NCBI GenBank assembly: GCA_964106645.2
Contig: OZ067044.1
Length of the DNA: 64,000 nucleotides
Strand: one strand, 5' to 3'
Source of the DNA: Podarcis pityusensis
Taxonomy: Eukaryota
Numbering within the stretch: the stretch's first letter is position 1; each line of letters begins with the position of its first letter. Of this stretch, positions 53,150 to 64,000 are shown in pieces. Made by a program: the position numbers and the translations under genes. The notes under the pieces are model-generated. The model saw only the letters and a list, made by a program, of their open reading frames with translations, was not told the origin of the DNA and did no database searches.

Positions 53150-53725
53150 CCCTGCAGGCTTTTCCCTGCCAGTACTGCAAATTTATTATGAGGCAGCCTG
53201 TTTGTGCTGGTTAAGAGATTGGATTACATTGGATAATGCAGACATCCTGGACTTAGAGGGTCATGATTTAATATTTGGCTGGCATGCATGTCTTTGGTAT
53301 GGGAAGGCGAAAATCTATAAAAGTTTTATGAACCACATTTTAAGGAAGAATTTTATAGAGTTTGGGAGAAATATAAAAATTTGCTGGAAAGGAAAACACC
53401 TCTATGGATATCTCCTATTGAGGCTATTACAATAAAGAGAGTTAATATGGATAGACAATGGGAAACTTACATGGAATTGCCTCACTTTAGGGGGAACCTT
53501 AATGGAAATCAATAGAAAATGTAAGGAGCCATGTTACAGACTGGCTACAATATCATCAGTTATATGAAATGTTTAAAATAGACAGGAAAAATGGTTTTCT
53601 GGACCAAAGCTCATGATTTGAAAAAGAACTCTTACAAAACAAAGAAAAACTATGATCTAAAATGTACAATTCTTTCGTTAGATTGGGAAACGAACTTGTT
53701 AAAGTTTCTATGACACACTGGACAC
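53150..53725 (+). mobile_element. Degraded internal L1 ORF2 fragment
   Basis: GFSLP.LQIYYEAACLCWLRDWI.L...LDLEG.D..FGWHA.LW aligns with 5070-5300. Confidence 0.85.
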
Positions 53726-53827
53726 ACTTTTCCATTTAGAGATATCCAGTGCTTTTTGGGGGGGGGGCGCAGGAGTATGCATACCCCTAAACATTTTGTA
53801 AATCTTTGTACATTTGTAAATTTACTG

Positions 53828-54408
53828 TAGAGGTCAGCAAACTTTTTTAGCAGGGGGCCGGTCCACTGTCCCTCAGACCTTGTGGGGGGCTAGACTATAT
53901 TTTTGGGGGGGAAATGAACGAATTCCTATGCCCCACAAATAACCCAGAGATGCATTTTAAATAAAAGCACACATTCTACTTACCGTATTTTTTGCTCTAT
54001 AAGACTCACTTTTTCCCTCCTATAAAGTAAGGGGAAATGTGTGTGCGTCTTATGGAGTGAATGCAGGCTGCGCAGCTATCCCAGAAGCCAGAACAGCAAG
54101 AGGGATTGCTGCTTTCACTGCACAGCGATCCCTCTTGCTGTTCTGGCTTCTGAGATTCAGAATATTTTTTTTCTTGTTTTCCTCCTCCAAAGACTAGGTG
54201 CGTCTTGTGGTCTGGTGCGTCTTATAGAGCGAAAAATACGGTATGTAAAAACACCAGGCAGGCCCCACAAATAACCCAGAGATGCATTTTAAATAAAAGG
54301 GCACATTCTACTCATGTAAAAACACGCTGATTCCTGGACCATCCACGGGCCGGATTGAGAAGGCGATTGGGCCTGATCCAGCCCCAGGCCTTAGTTTGCC
54401 TACCCATG
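53828..54408. mobile_element. hAT MITE (36610 family), middle layer
   Basis: TSD ATTTACTG/ACTTACTG; homology to 36610-36861. Confidence 0.85.
53983..54241. mobile_element. Tigger-like MITE (12684 family), inner layer
   Basis: CCGTATTTTT TIRs; TA TSD. Confidence 0.9.
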
Positions 54409-54529
54409 ACTTACTGTATTTATTTTCCCTGATTTGAACTATAAAATTGTGCTTTTCTTGAGTCAAAATGAGAGTACCCCTTAAAAAAAAAATAAGAAAA
54501 AAAGCACTGGAGATATCAACAATTAACAT

Positions 54530-54925
54530 CAACAGTCCCTAATGGCTTGGGACCAGTTTACGTCTTGCAAGAATGCCTTTACTTGTGCCCACTTGATCAC
54601 TTCAGTCTGTGGAACTGGAACTGTTACAGGTGCCACATAATTCTCATTCCACAGTTGTGAGAAACTGGTCTTTTAGTGTGGCAGCACCACACTGCCTATT
54701 GGGGTTAGGCAGACAGCTCTGTTGTACTCTTTTTGTCGCCCGTTTAAAACATTTTTGTTCGGGCAAGCGGCAAGCCTGTCCAGATGCATAGATACTGATG
54801 TCTTTTAATCTTTTTTACTGTGGACTTTAATTATTTTAACATGATTTTTATTGTTTGTAACTGTTTCTATTGGCAATGTTAATATTTCTCGCAAACTGCT
54901 TAGAGGCTTTACTGCAAATCAGTGT
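54530..54925 (+). mobile_element. Degraded L2 3' fragment
   Basis: ctaatggcttgggaccagtttac..ttttagtgtggcagcacc. Confidence 0.6.
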
Positions 54926-56217
54926 TATTGGGCAGGTGTGCAGTCCCTTCCGTTGCTGGCACCACCTATGTCTGTTTTTATCTGTTTCCAAATGGGGTAA
55001 TGCAGAATCACTCTGCAATGAGAGTTTAATCTTGGAATGAAACCAGCTTCTCAAGAAGTGCTTTCCAGGGTAAAAAAATATTCCATATATCTAGACTAGC
55101 TGTAGACTACGTAGAAAAAATGAGTACTTAGTCTCTATTGGTTCTGGATTAAAATGTCATGTGTACACCCCCTCAATTCCCCCCCCCCCCAAAATTTATC
55201 ATTCTGTCTGCCTTTTCTCACTCTAATTAAGTTTGTCAACTTGGCCATACAGGTAATTTCCCACTCCTTAGAAAGCCAAGTGAGTAGAGTAGGTGGTTTG
55301 GGATTTTCCTGGTTTTGGCAAATGGAGGTTTTTGCTGCCTTTACTAAGTTTTACTCAGAGTAGACCCATTGAAATTAACGGCCTCTCGCTTATTACATAG
55401 GGCCATCAAGTTCAATGGGTCCAGTCTGAGTGGAACTTAGTTGGATGCAACCCATAATATTTCCATGCAGGGAAGCTGGTCTGAGAGGAATGTTAGTGGG
55501 AAACCAGGCCCACACCAAAGGATTCTCAATCTGGAGGTGCAATCTATCAATCATAGCAACACACTTCCCAATAAAGTAAAACGTACACAGGCTTAGTGGC
55601 TTTTCCTGCTAGCGTCGCTTGATGAAATGTTTAGCTTTGTAAAGCCTGTGAAACGTTATCTGCACTGTATTGCTTGCACCTAGTTAAACTTTATATCTCC
55701 AGATTTATTTTCTATACACATGGGTTTGTAATTGTTGTGCAATCATCTGAAGTTATCTTTATGGTTTTCAATTTATAATTGTATTTTGCTCAGTCTTTCC
55801 CCAGGATGCATTGGTCTGGAGAATGCAAGGCATTCAGGTAGCTGTTAACATGATTAGCAATGTGAGCTCTCCCCACCACCCTAAAAACAAATAGGAGGGG
55901 CAAGGTGGGTGAACTGGATCAAGACCACAGTGAGGGGGGTGGAGAGAAAATTCCCCTCAATGCCTCCTGGACCCCATTCCAAAATATCCCCTACAGTTTC
56001 CTTGTAAAAAGCCATTGATGCCATTGCTAATGGCATCCTAGTCCTAGTCCATATGAACTAGGCTCTGAGTGGGTACAGCCATTGCTTCTCAGGTTCAGGT
56101 CATGATTGCTTCCTCTGAACTAACTTATAGTTCCTATGAAATCCAGGTTCATACGAAACATTCTCTGAATGAACATATGCTTTGGGAAAGTTGAAGGGTG
56201 TCATATGTCATAGCTGA

Positions 56218-56526
56218 CAGGCCTGTCTTAAGCATATGCGGTGCTGGGGTGCAAATATCCGCCCGGAGGGCCCCCCCCAGTTGCCCAGTCCCAGGCACGC
56301 AGGAGGGCAGAGCCAGCCGGCCGCCTCAGTGTCTCGCTGGCTCGGTCGTACCTGAACTCGCGGTGCAGAGCCACCTGCAACAGAAGAGCCCGTCATGGCG
56401 CTCTGACCGACGGGCAGGCTCTTCCCCAGACTCATCTCTCGGGCCCCTGACTCTCGGCCTGGTGCCCCTGAGAGCCCAGCGCCCGGGTGCCCCACACCCC
56501 TAGAGCCTATGGGTAAGACGGCCCTG
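56218..56526. mobile_element. GC/CpG-rich hAT MITE
   Basis: CAGGCCTGTCTTA..TAAGACGGCCCTG ends; TSD ATAGCTGA/ATAGCTGG. Confidence 0.85.
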
Positions 56527-58848
56527 ATAGCTGGAATGCCTGGCTCCTCCTCTTCTGCCCTTGTTGTGAAAGGGAATAGCCAAGCACAAAACCCAGAACA
56601 CCTTGAGGCAGACCTGGCAATATGTGGCTCTCCAGGTGTCAGTGAAGTACAACTCCATCACCCATTCATGTTGGCTGGGGCTGATGGGAATTGGAAGACA
56701 GCAACATCTGGAGAACCACAACTATGCCATTCCTGCCCTGGGGGGAGTGAGTAAGGGACATGGAGACAGACAATGAACCACTTGAGGGCCAGTAGTGTTG
56801 GAGGAGGCAGAAGCAGCCCCAGTGTTATTGTGCTGTGTTGTATTTTTGTGTAAGCTGCATTGTGGTCCCTTCAGAATAGACAGGCAGGATAGAAATTAGG
56901 GTTGCCATATATCTGGAATTTTCCAGACATATCAGGAATACCGCAGTTGTCAGCAGCATCTGGGCAGAATGTCTGGCAAAAACCAGGTGTATGGCAGCCC
57001 ATGTTGGCAGTGCCGATTTTGCCGATTTCCCCTTAAAATAGCTCCCAATGCAAACCAATCCACCAAATAAATGAAGTAGAGACAAAGTTAACTCCCCCCT
57101 AAGGATTTTTTTAAGAGTTTAAAAAGTATGTGAGTCTAGTCATAAAACAAAATAAAATCTAAATAGATATATTTTGGATCTTGAATATTGTTGCTGCTGC
57201 TTCATATACATTATAGAGCACATATTATGGGGAAAGAGCCTTGCAAGGCTGTACTTCTACATATGCTTACTTGGGGAAAAGCCTCAGAGAACATTGTGGG
57301 ACTTAAGATTGTACAGTATATTGGCCACCCGAAGTCCAGTCAGATGAGAAAGCACTAGCCACTCACTGGAGCAGTACTCAGCTCAAGCAGCTCCTCCCTT
57401 TAATAAGCTACTATAGCTGACAGTGACGATCATTTTGATGGGGCAGCAAGAGTGGGGGAGGCTGCAGTTATGCAGCAGAGTGGTTCTGTATATATTGCTG
57501 CTGAGGTACAATTCAGTGGTTTTTGTGGGGGTGGCAGCATTGTTTTCCTTCTATGTTCTGCTGAGTTTTATTTGCGATGCAGTTAGACTACAATGATAAG
57601 CCCCAAATTATAAAGGAAACCAATGACTTAAAAGTTCACTATATATTTTTCCTTCTCAAACTCAATTCTGTAGAGGTGATAAAATGCAAGCTCCATGTGA
57701 AAATAGAGGAGGGTCTTATTCTAAGCTCTTTCCTGGTCTGTCTTCATTTATGTCTTAACTTTTTCACACCATGAAGGAGCAGTAGTGAGAAGTTAAAGAA
57801 CCATATAGTGTAAATGGAAGCTTCGCTTCCTATGCAAACTGCAGGTGTGGGTACCCATTTCCCATTATGACTACAATAGGGGGCAAAGAGTTAAAGCCCC
57901 CTAGCCCTCCCACCAGGGTCCCAGTCCAGATCTCCCCTGCTCACACGCCTACTATTTACATTTTTAAAATTCCCATATTTACTAATTGTGTGTATGGTAT
58001 GGCATCTCTCACACATATCCCTTTTGATGGTTCTGGCCTAACATGTACAAAGGGGAATGTAACACTCTTTCCCATGAACACTGTGTGAGTTTTTCCTGCA
58101 TGTCTCTGAAAGGGACATGTGTGCATTTCCTCTGTGCGCATTACAATGGAAGCGCAAGAAACAGACCCATGATTCACTCGTGCTTCCTCTTCCCATTTCC
58201 TTAATGTGCAAAGCCACCATTAGCCTTGACTTTCCCTTCCACTTTCTCTTACTTCAGAAGCTCAGTTATAACATATTTTGTTGACATTATGTGTTTGCCA
58301 AGTTTGGGCTGTTCAGTGTCCATAGAATTTCATTCAGCGCCCCCCCCCCATTCTTTATGCCTTTTATCTTTGCTCTTATTAATGTGGTTATGCGTTGACA
58401 GTGTTTGCTGGAACAAGTACAGGAACGCTGGAACAAGCAACACTTTCCTGTTGTTGCAAAGTGCTTGTTTCGAAATGAGCACAGTTCAGTAGGATATATC
58501 ATGTTACATATTGGGGGGGTGTATCTGTGTGTAGATATGTATTAAGTATATGTGTGAAGTATGACACAATGCAAGTTATTTGTGCTGATCACTACAGATG
58601 AATATATTTAGGTCTTCAGGAGGGAAAGAAAGTGGAGCATCTCCAGAAATCCTTTTTATTGCACATTCATCAGTGGTGACTGATGCCATTTTGACTAGGT
58701 AGGGCTGCAATTTTTCACCTTGCAGTTTCCCTCACAATAAGACTCATACAGCAATTGTTTAGGAAAGAGTGCCATTACATAGGTGCAGAGTGCCATTGTC
58801 TCCCCATTGAAAAATATAAATTTTCTCCAAGTATGGTTTTCAGACAAG

Positions 58849-58887
<39 letters not shown>

Positions 58888-59117
58888 ATGTGTTGGGGGG
58901 TTGGCCTGTATGGTGCCTGAGTCCCTTCTAATCCCTGGAGTCCTGTATCCAACAAGGGTTAAAAACTAATGGAGGATTCCGTTGCTAAATTAGTCAAGCC
59001 AACTTCTTGGTAATGGGCCTAAGCATTGTCCATAGTCTGACCAAGGAGGTTGCTCTGACCCAGAGGCCAAATGTGTGGGGCCCCTCCCTCACTTGGTTGG
59101 TAGTGAGAAGAACAATA

Positions 59118-59335
59118 CAGTGGTACCTCAGGTTACAGACACTTCAGGTTACAGACTTCGCTAACCCAGAAATAGTACCTCGGGTTAAGAACTTTGCTTC
59201 AGGGTGATAACAGGAATTGCGCAGTGGTGGCAGTGGGAGGCACCATTAGGTAAAGTGGTGTCTCAGGTTAAGAACAGTTTCAGGTTAAGAACGGACTTCC
59301 AGAACGAATTAAGTTCTTAACCGAAGGTACCACTG
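59118..59335. mobile_element. Tigger-like MITE (35632 family)
   Basis: CAGTGGTACC TIR; TA TSD. Confidence 0.9.
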
Positions 59336-59499
59336 TAGCTAGTATGAAAGAGAGCTGGGCTAAAAGCAGGCAGAAACCAAAGAGTGAGAGCCATTCTTCA
59401 TTTCTGCTTGAATCCAAGACTGTGGCTATGGGAGAAGAAAGACCTCTTGGGGTGTTAATGCTGTGACCCCCTCCATCATAGGCTCAGGTTGTATATATG

Positions 59500-59910
59500 T
59501 TGTTGTAATAATAATTAAATAACAATAATAATAATAATATATGCTGCCCATCTGACTGGGTTTCCCCACCCACTCTGGGCAGCTTCCTACAAATTATAAC
59601 ACCACAGTAAAACATCAAACAAAACTTCCCCATACAGGGCTGCCTTCAGATGTCTTCTAAAAGTCAGATTGTTTTTTATTTCCTTGACATCTGGTGGGAG
59701 GGCGTTCCACAGGGTGGGCGCCACTACTGAGAAGGCCCTCTCCCTGGTTCCCTGTAACCTCACTTCTTGCAATGAGAGAACCACCAGAAGGCCCTCAGAT
59801 CTGGACCTCAGTGTCCAGGCTGAATGATGGGGGCGGAGATGTTCTCCCAGGTAAACAGAGCTGAAGTCATATAGGGCTTTAAAGGTCAACACCAATTATG
59901 CTTGGAAACA
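59500..59910 (-). mobile_element. L2 LINE 3' fragment
   Basis: ORF 59587-59895: VLTFKAL..G.RERAFSVVAPTLWNALP..FRRHLK. Confidence 0.9.
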
Positions 59911-60539
59911 TACCACAGAGAACCACAGTCTCTGCTGTCCCTTGTTCCAGAGATTGGGGTGTCATGCAACATTATTATTAATGACTCACCCTTCACCCCA
60001 AGGTCCCAAGACTGACTCAATATCTCTTAGAAAATAAACCATGACACTTGACAAAAATGTGTGAATTCATAAATTGTTTGCAGGAACACATAGTTTATTC
60101 AAAAGTTTTTAAATGTGGGGAACAGTTGCTTCTAGTTGCGTGCAGTTTTCCTTCCCCACAAAATCAATTTGACTTTTCAATATCCAAAACTTTTATTTCT
60201 CTAAATTAAAAGATAAAATATTCCAACCAATAAATAAAACATCATTTGTGCACATTGTGCACACTGTTCAGGGCGTCATACCCTGCTAGCAAAACCTTGA
60301 GCCAGGCCACATCAAAACAAATTTGCAGTGCATAACTCAGTCCTGAATATGTGAAATAATAATATCTTCTGTACAGAGTACATCACACCAATTAGTAATC
60401 ATAATCAGCATGCTATTTATGAGATCAGGGAAAGTATCTTCCAAGTCTGAAGAAGGATGAGGAGTTAGTCAGTGTGATATCCAGACAGGCTTAGCACTTT
60501 TCATTTTCGAAATTCACTGACAAACTCACCAAAAATTTA

Positions 60540-60769
60540 GTTACAGATGGGTAGCCGTGTTGGTCTGCCATAGTCGAAATAAAAAAAATTCCTTCCTGTA
60601 GCACCTTAAAGACCAACTAAGTTAGTTCTTGGTATAAGCTTTCGTGTGCATGCACACTTCTTCAGATACACTGTTTATCTGAAGAAGTGTGCATGCACAC
60701 GAAAGCTTATACCAAGAACTAACTTAGTTGGTCTTTAAGGTGCTACAGGAAGGAATTTTTTTTATTTCG
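60540..60769. mobile_element. Penelope-like element remnant as an inverted terminal-repeat pair
   Basis: gggtagccgtgttggtctg..gtagcaccttaaagaccaac..agctttcgtg..cacttcttcagat is the reptile PLE end as I recall it; 12-bp direct repeat ACCAAAAATTTA at 60528-60539 and 60770-60781. Confidence 0.8.
60676..60712 (+). ncRNA. Minimal type-I hammerhead ribozyme-like motif (mirror copy on the minus strand at about 60632-60669)
   Basis: TAT-CTGAAGA-A-GTGTGCATGCACAC-GAA-AGCT-T-ATA. Confidence 0.55.
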
Positions 60770-61289
60770 ACCAAAAATTTACTAAGTCATAGTCAGAAAC
60801 AAATGGATTTAATTGTCCTCTGCCTCACAATGATGATATTATTCTAAAAAACTCTAAGTCAGTACAAACTGTTATCTCCCAAGCAAAACACTCAGACTCA
60901 TTTAAATGACATAGTCCAACTAAAGGCATGAGCCTTTGTTTTGAAGAGTTTTTGTCTTTGGCAAAGTTCCCAACTTGGCAATTGTCCTGTTTTTAGCCAT
61001 GTAGGACCATTCTGTCATCCCCCAGCCTTGCCAATTCCTCCCTTCAGTCAAGCCATTTAGAAACAATAGCAGCAAACCTTTCAAAATTCAAAATGTTCTC
61101 AACTCAAGCTAGGAGGCGGGGTGGGGCGTGGGCGGGGCGGGTGTGTTCCAACTTTGGAAAGCTAATCAGTCCCTGTATTTACCATACTTATCTACACAAT
61201 CAGTGTTGTATCGTACCTAACAAGACTCCCAAAGTGACACTGGTGGGTGATTGCAGAGGCCTGGGTCAGACTGGTTCTGCCATGACCAA

Positions 61290-61560
61290 AAACATAAGAT
61301 CAGGCCAGTCACCCATCTAGTCTGCCATCCTCTTCACTGTGACCAACCAGATGCCAGCAAGACCTGAGCACATGAGCACTCTCCCCTCCTGTGGTTTCCA
61401 GAAACTGGTATTCAGAATCATTGCTAGTAGCTATTGATAATGCATGAATTTGTCTAATCCTCTTTTGAAGCCATCCTGATTGGTGGCCATCACTGCCTCC
61501 TGGGGGAGCGGATTCCATAGTTTAACTATGCTCTGTGTTGCCTTTTATATGTCCTGAACA
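61290..61560 (-). mobile_element. Older CR1-family 3' fragment
   Basis: Homologous to 51518-51851 and the reverse of 18215-18678. Confidence 0.7.
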
Positions 61561-62644
61561 CTGCCTTTGCTTAGGATACTTGGCTGTTGAGGAGTACACC
61601 TATTAATAATGGAGACAAAGGAACTTAATTAGCGGGCCGTCTGGCTCCCAAACCTGTATGACTGGCCATTTACATAAATTGGGCAGAGTTTCACAGAAAT
61701 CAAACGTGGAGTCTGCAGGTGTGAGCCTTGGCCCTGGAAAGTAAGGGGCTTTATTTTAGAAGTGACTATTTTGGATGCTGGGAACAAAAAGCAGATGGAG
61801 AACTTGTAAGCTTTCTGGAAACTATAGAGATCTGTAATGATTCTGCCTAGAGGTAGTGCACTGCTCTCTCTCTCTCTCTGTCTCTTCTCAAGCAAAGATA
61901 TGAATGAATAAATTTCCCTAGACATCATATTACTCCAGTGCTTTTTTCCTGGTGGAAAGTGAACTGGAAAGATTTCTTTGAACTGCTTACCCACAAAGAG
62001 GGGTCAAAACAAAGGCATAATATTCATTTTACCTGCCCTATTGGCAATCACCTATAAATACTGAGTTAGTATCCAACATGCTAACATAAATTAGACATTT
62101 GTATGCACTTTAAACATAAGCTATGCATGCACTCAAATGTGTCAGCCTATGCCTTTGTCGTATTTCAAATGTTACCAAAATTTATGATATTTTGAACTCG
62201 TGGAGAAATCCCCTCTGCTTCAAGAATATCTATCCCCAGCTTTGCACTCTGGTGAGTGCATTCTGGTACAGAACTTTGGGAAAATTAATCATTACCGTGT
62301 GAATACTCACAGTACACATTAATCAGTAGTGCCTGTAGTTTATATATGTATTGAGTTTCAGTGGCTTGATTTAAACAGATCCTCCGCAACTTAGAACATA
62401 AATATATCTGACATGCTGACTCAGGCTATTCCCTTTTCCATGAGCTGGTTTCCTTTCCAAACTCATTTCCTTCGTCTTAGGCCTCTCTGCAAACCTGGGC
62501 TGCAGTCCGAAGCACACTTACTAAAAAGTAAGTGCCATCAACTTCTATGGGAGTTGCTTCTGTGTAAACATGCATAGCATTTTGATAGAAGACAGCAACA
62601 TTGTGAAATAGGTCCACCACCACAGTGCCTAGAATGCAACATTC

Positions 62645-62980
62645 GGGTGGCGCTGTGGGTTAAACCACAGAGCCTAGGACTTGCTGATCAGAGGGTTGGC
62701 AGTTCAAATCCCCGCAACGGGGTGAGCTCCCGTTGCTCGGTCCCTGCTCCTGCCAACCTAGCAGTTCAAAAGCACGTCAAAGTGCAAGTAGATAAATAGG
62801 TACCGCTCTGGCGGGAAGGTAAATGGCGTTTACGTGCGCTTCTCTGGTTCGCCAGAAGCAGCTTAGTCATGCTGGCCACATGACTGTACGCCGGCTCCCT
62901 CGGCCAATAAAGCGAGATGAGCACCGCAACCCCAAAGTCGGTCATGACTGGACCTAATGGTCAGGGGTCCCTTTACCTTT
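62645..62980 (+). mobile_element. Near full-length Sauria SINE
   Basis: Colinear with the reverse of 39552-39896; CTTTACCTTT tail. Confidence 0.95.
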
Positions 62981-63064
62981 ATGGGCCTATTAGATATTCT
63001 CAGTTTAAGTTCCTGAATTGCAAACAAGAGGAATAGTAGACATTGACGAAGCTACTTTATTCGG

Positions 63065-63578
63065 AGGCAGATCATTGGTCTATCTAGTACAGTGTTATCT
63101 ACTCCAGGGGTAGACAACATGGTGCCTTTGAGATGCAGTTGGAGAACTCCCATCATCCCTGACATTAGCCATGTTGGCTGGGCTGATAGAAATTGTACAT
63201 CTGGAGGGCACCAGATGTGGGCCCTGGCTTACTCTGACTGACAGTGGATTTCCCAAAGACTCCTGCTGAAGCCTTTCACATCTCTATTATCTATTTAACT
63301 GGAGATGCCACAAACTGAACCTAAGAAAGGAGTGTAGTTCCATGGTGGAGCATCTCCTTTACATGCAAAAGATGCAGGCCCAATCCCTTTCATCTTTAGA
63401 TAGGGCTAGGAATGTCCCTTGCCTAAAACCCTGGGCAGCCACTGCAAGTCAATGTAGACCATGCAATACTAAGCTAGGTAGATCAATGGTCTGACTCCTA
63501 AGTTCCTTAGGCAGCTTCCTAAATTCCTATGACTTTATGTATGCAAAGCCAATGCTCTACCATCGAGCTATGGCTCCT
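63065..63578 (-). mobile_element. Squam3-like SINE split by a hAT MITE (about 63105-63227) and a plus-strand Squam3-like copy (about 63328-63531)
   Basis: The three host segments join into one SINE colinear with 42287-42456. Confidence 0.65.
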
Positions 63579-64000
63579 ATCTATTTTTTTAAAAGACTCC
63601 ACTGTACTTGTCCTTAAGAATTTTGCTGAAATTTTGCCTAACGCATGTTATGAGGAATGCTCCTTTGATAAACCAGCATTGTAATCGTTTTCAGGCAGCG
63701 ATTTCACTAAGCCTGCAGCTTTTAAAGTAAAGTTTCTTGTAGCTGAAAAGAGAAGACAGCCAATTCTGGTGCTACATTTAATAATTCATAAATCAAATGA
63801 AGTTCATGAGGGTTCAGAGTTTAAAAGTTTAAAAGTTTTGCTTAAGCTGCCAAAGTTTTTAAACAACAACAGAAAAAAAACACAACCCAACAAAACTTTT
63901 CCGTCCTGGAGTGCTACACTCAAATACATGCTGCTCATGTATTCATGTTTATTTACTCAGAAGTTCCATAGACTTACTTACAGGTAAGTGGGGGGGGGGG

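Larger units (their letters stand above)
53747..54509. mobile_element. hAT MITE (24907 family), outer layer of a nest
   Basis: CAGTGCTTTTT TIRs; exact TSD GAGATATC (53739-53746, 54510-54517). Confidence 0.9.
58885..59971 (+). mobile_element. Probable solo LTR interrupted by a Tigger-like MITE and an L2 fragment
   Basis: TGTT..AACA ends; host sequence resumes after each insert; TSD obscured by flanking (GTT)n at 58850-58888. Confidence 0.45.

Noticed and set aside
1-64000. Short ORFs in the six-frame track as host genes; CRISPR or prokaryotic systems
   Set aside because: Vertebrate repeat-rich DNA. The short ORFs lack recognisable domains, many use non-ATG starts, and there is no repeat-spacer array.

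Overview
This is eukaryotic, AT-rich non-coding DNA from a squamate reptile. The Sauria SINE, Squam3-like SINE, BovB, CR1, L1, L2 and Penelope repeats suggest a lacertid lizard (inference). I cannot support any host protein-coding exon: all long ORFs are retrotransposon ORF2 remnants (L1 at 4.8-6.4 kb, CR1 at 29.6-32.2 kb, BovB at 28.6-29.1 kb). The window looks like a large intron or 5' regulatory region. It is packed with non-autonomous hAT and Tc1/mariner (Tigger-like) MITEs, many with verifiable TIRs and TSDs and several nested. Unique-looking stretches include a candidate minus-strand promoter/5'-exon cluster at about 49.2-51.1 kb and three CTCF-like motifs. The most notable structures are (1) a Penelope-derived perfect 96-bp fold-back with a minimal hammerhead-ribozyme-like motif in each arm (60.5-60.8 kb), (2) hAT MITEs with apparent captured cargo (24.9-26.4 kb), (3) Tigger-like MITEs with shared ends but unrelated hairpin interiors, and (4) a Sauria SINE head ending in an amplified internal octamer. 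Family names come from recall, not database searches. Boundaries without TSDs are approximate.
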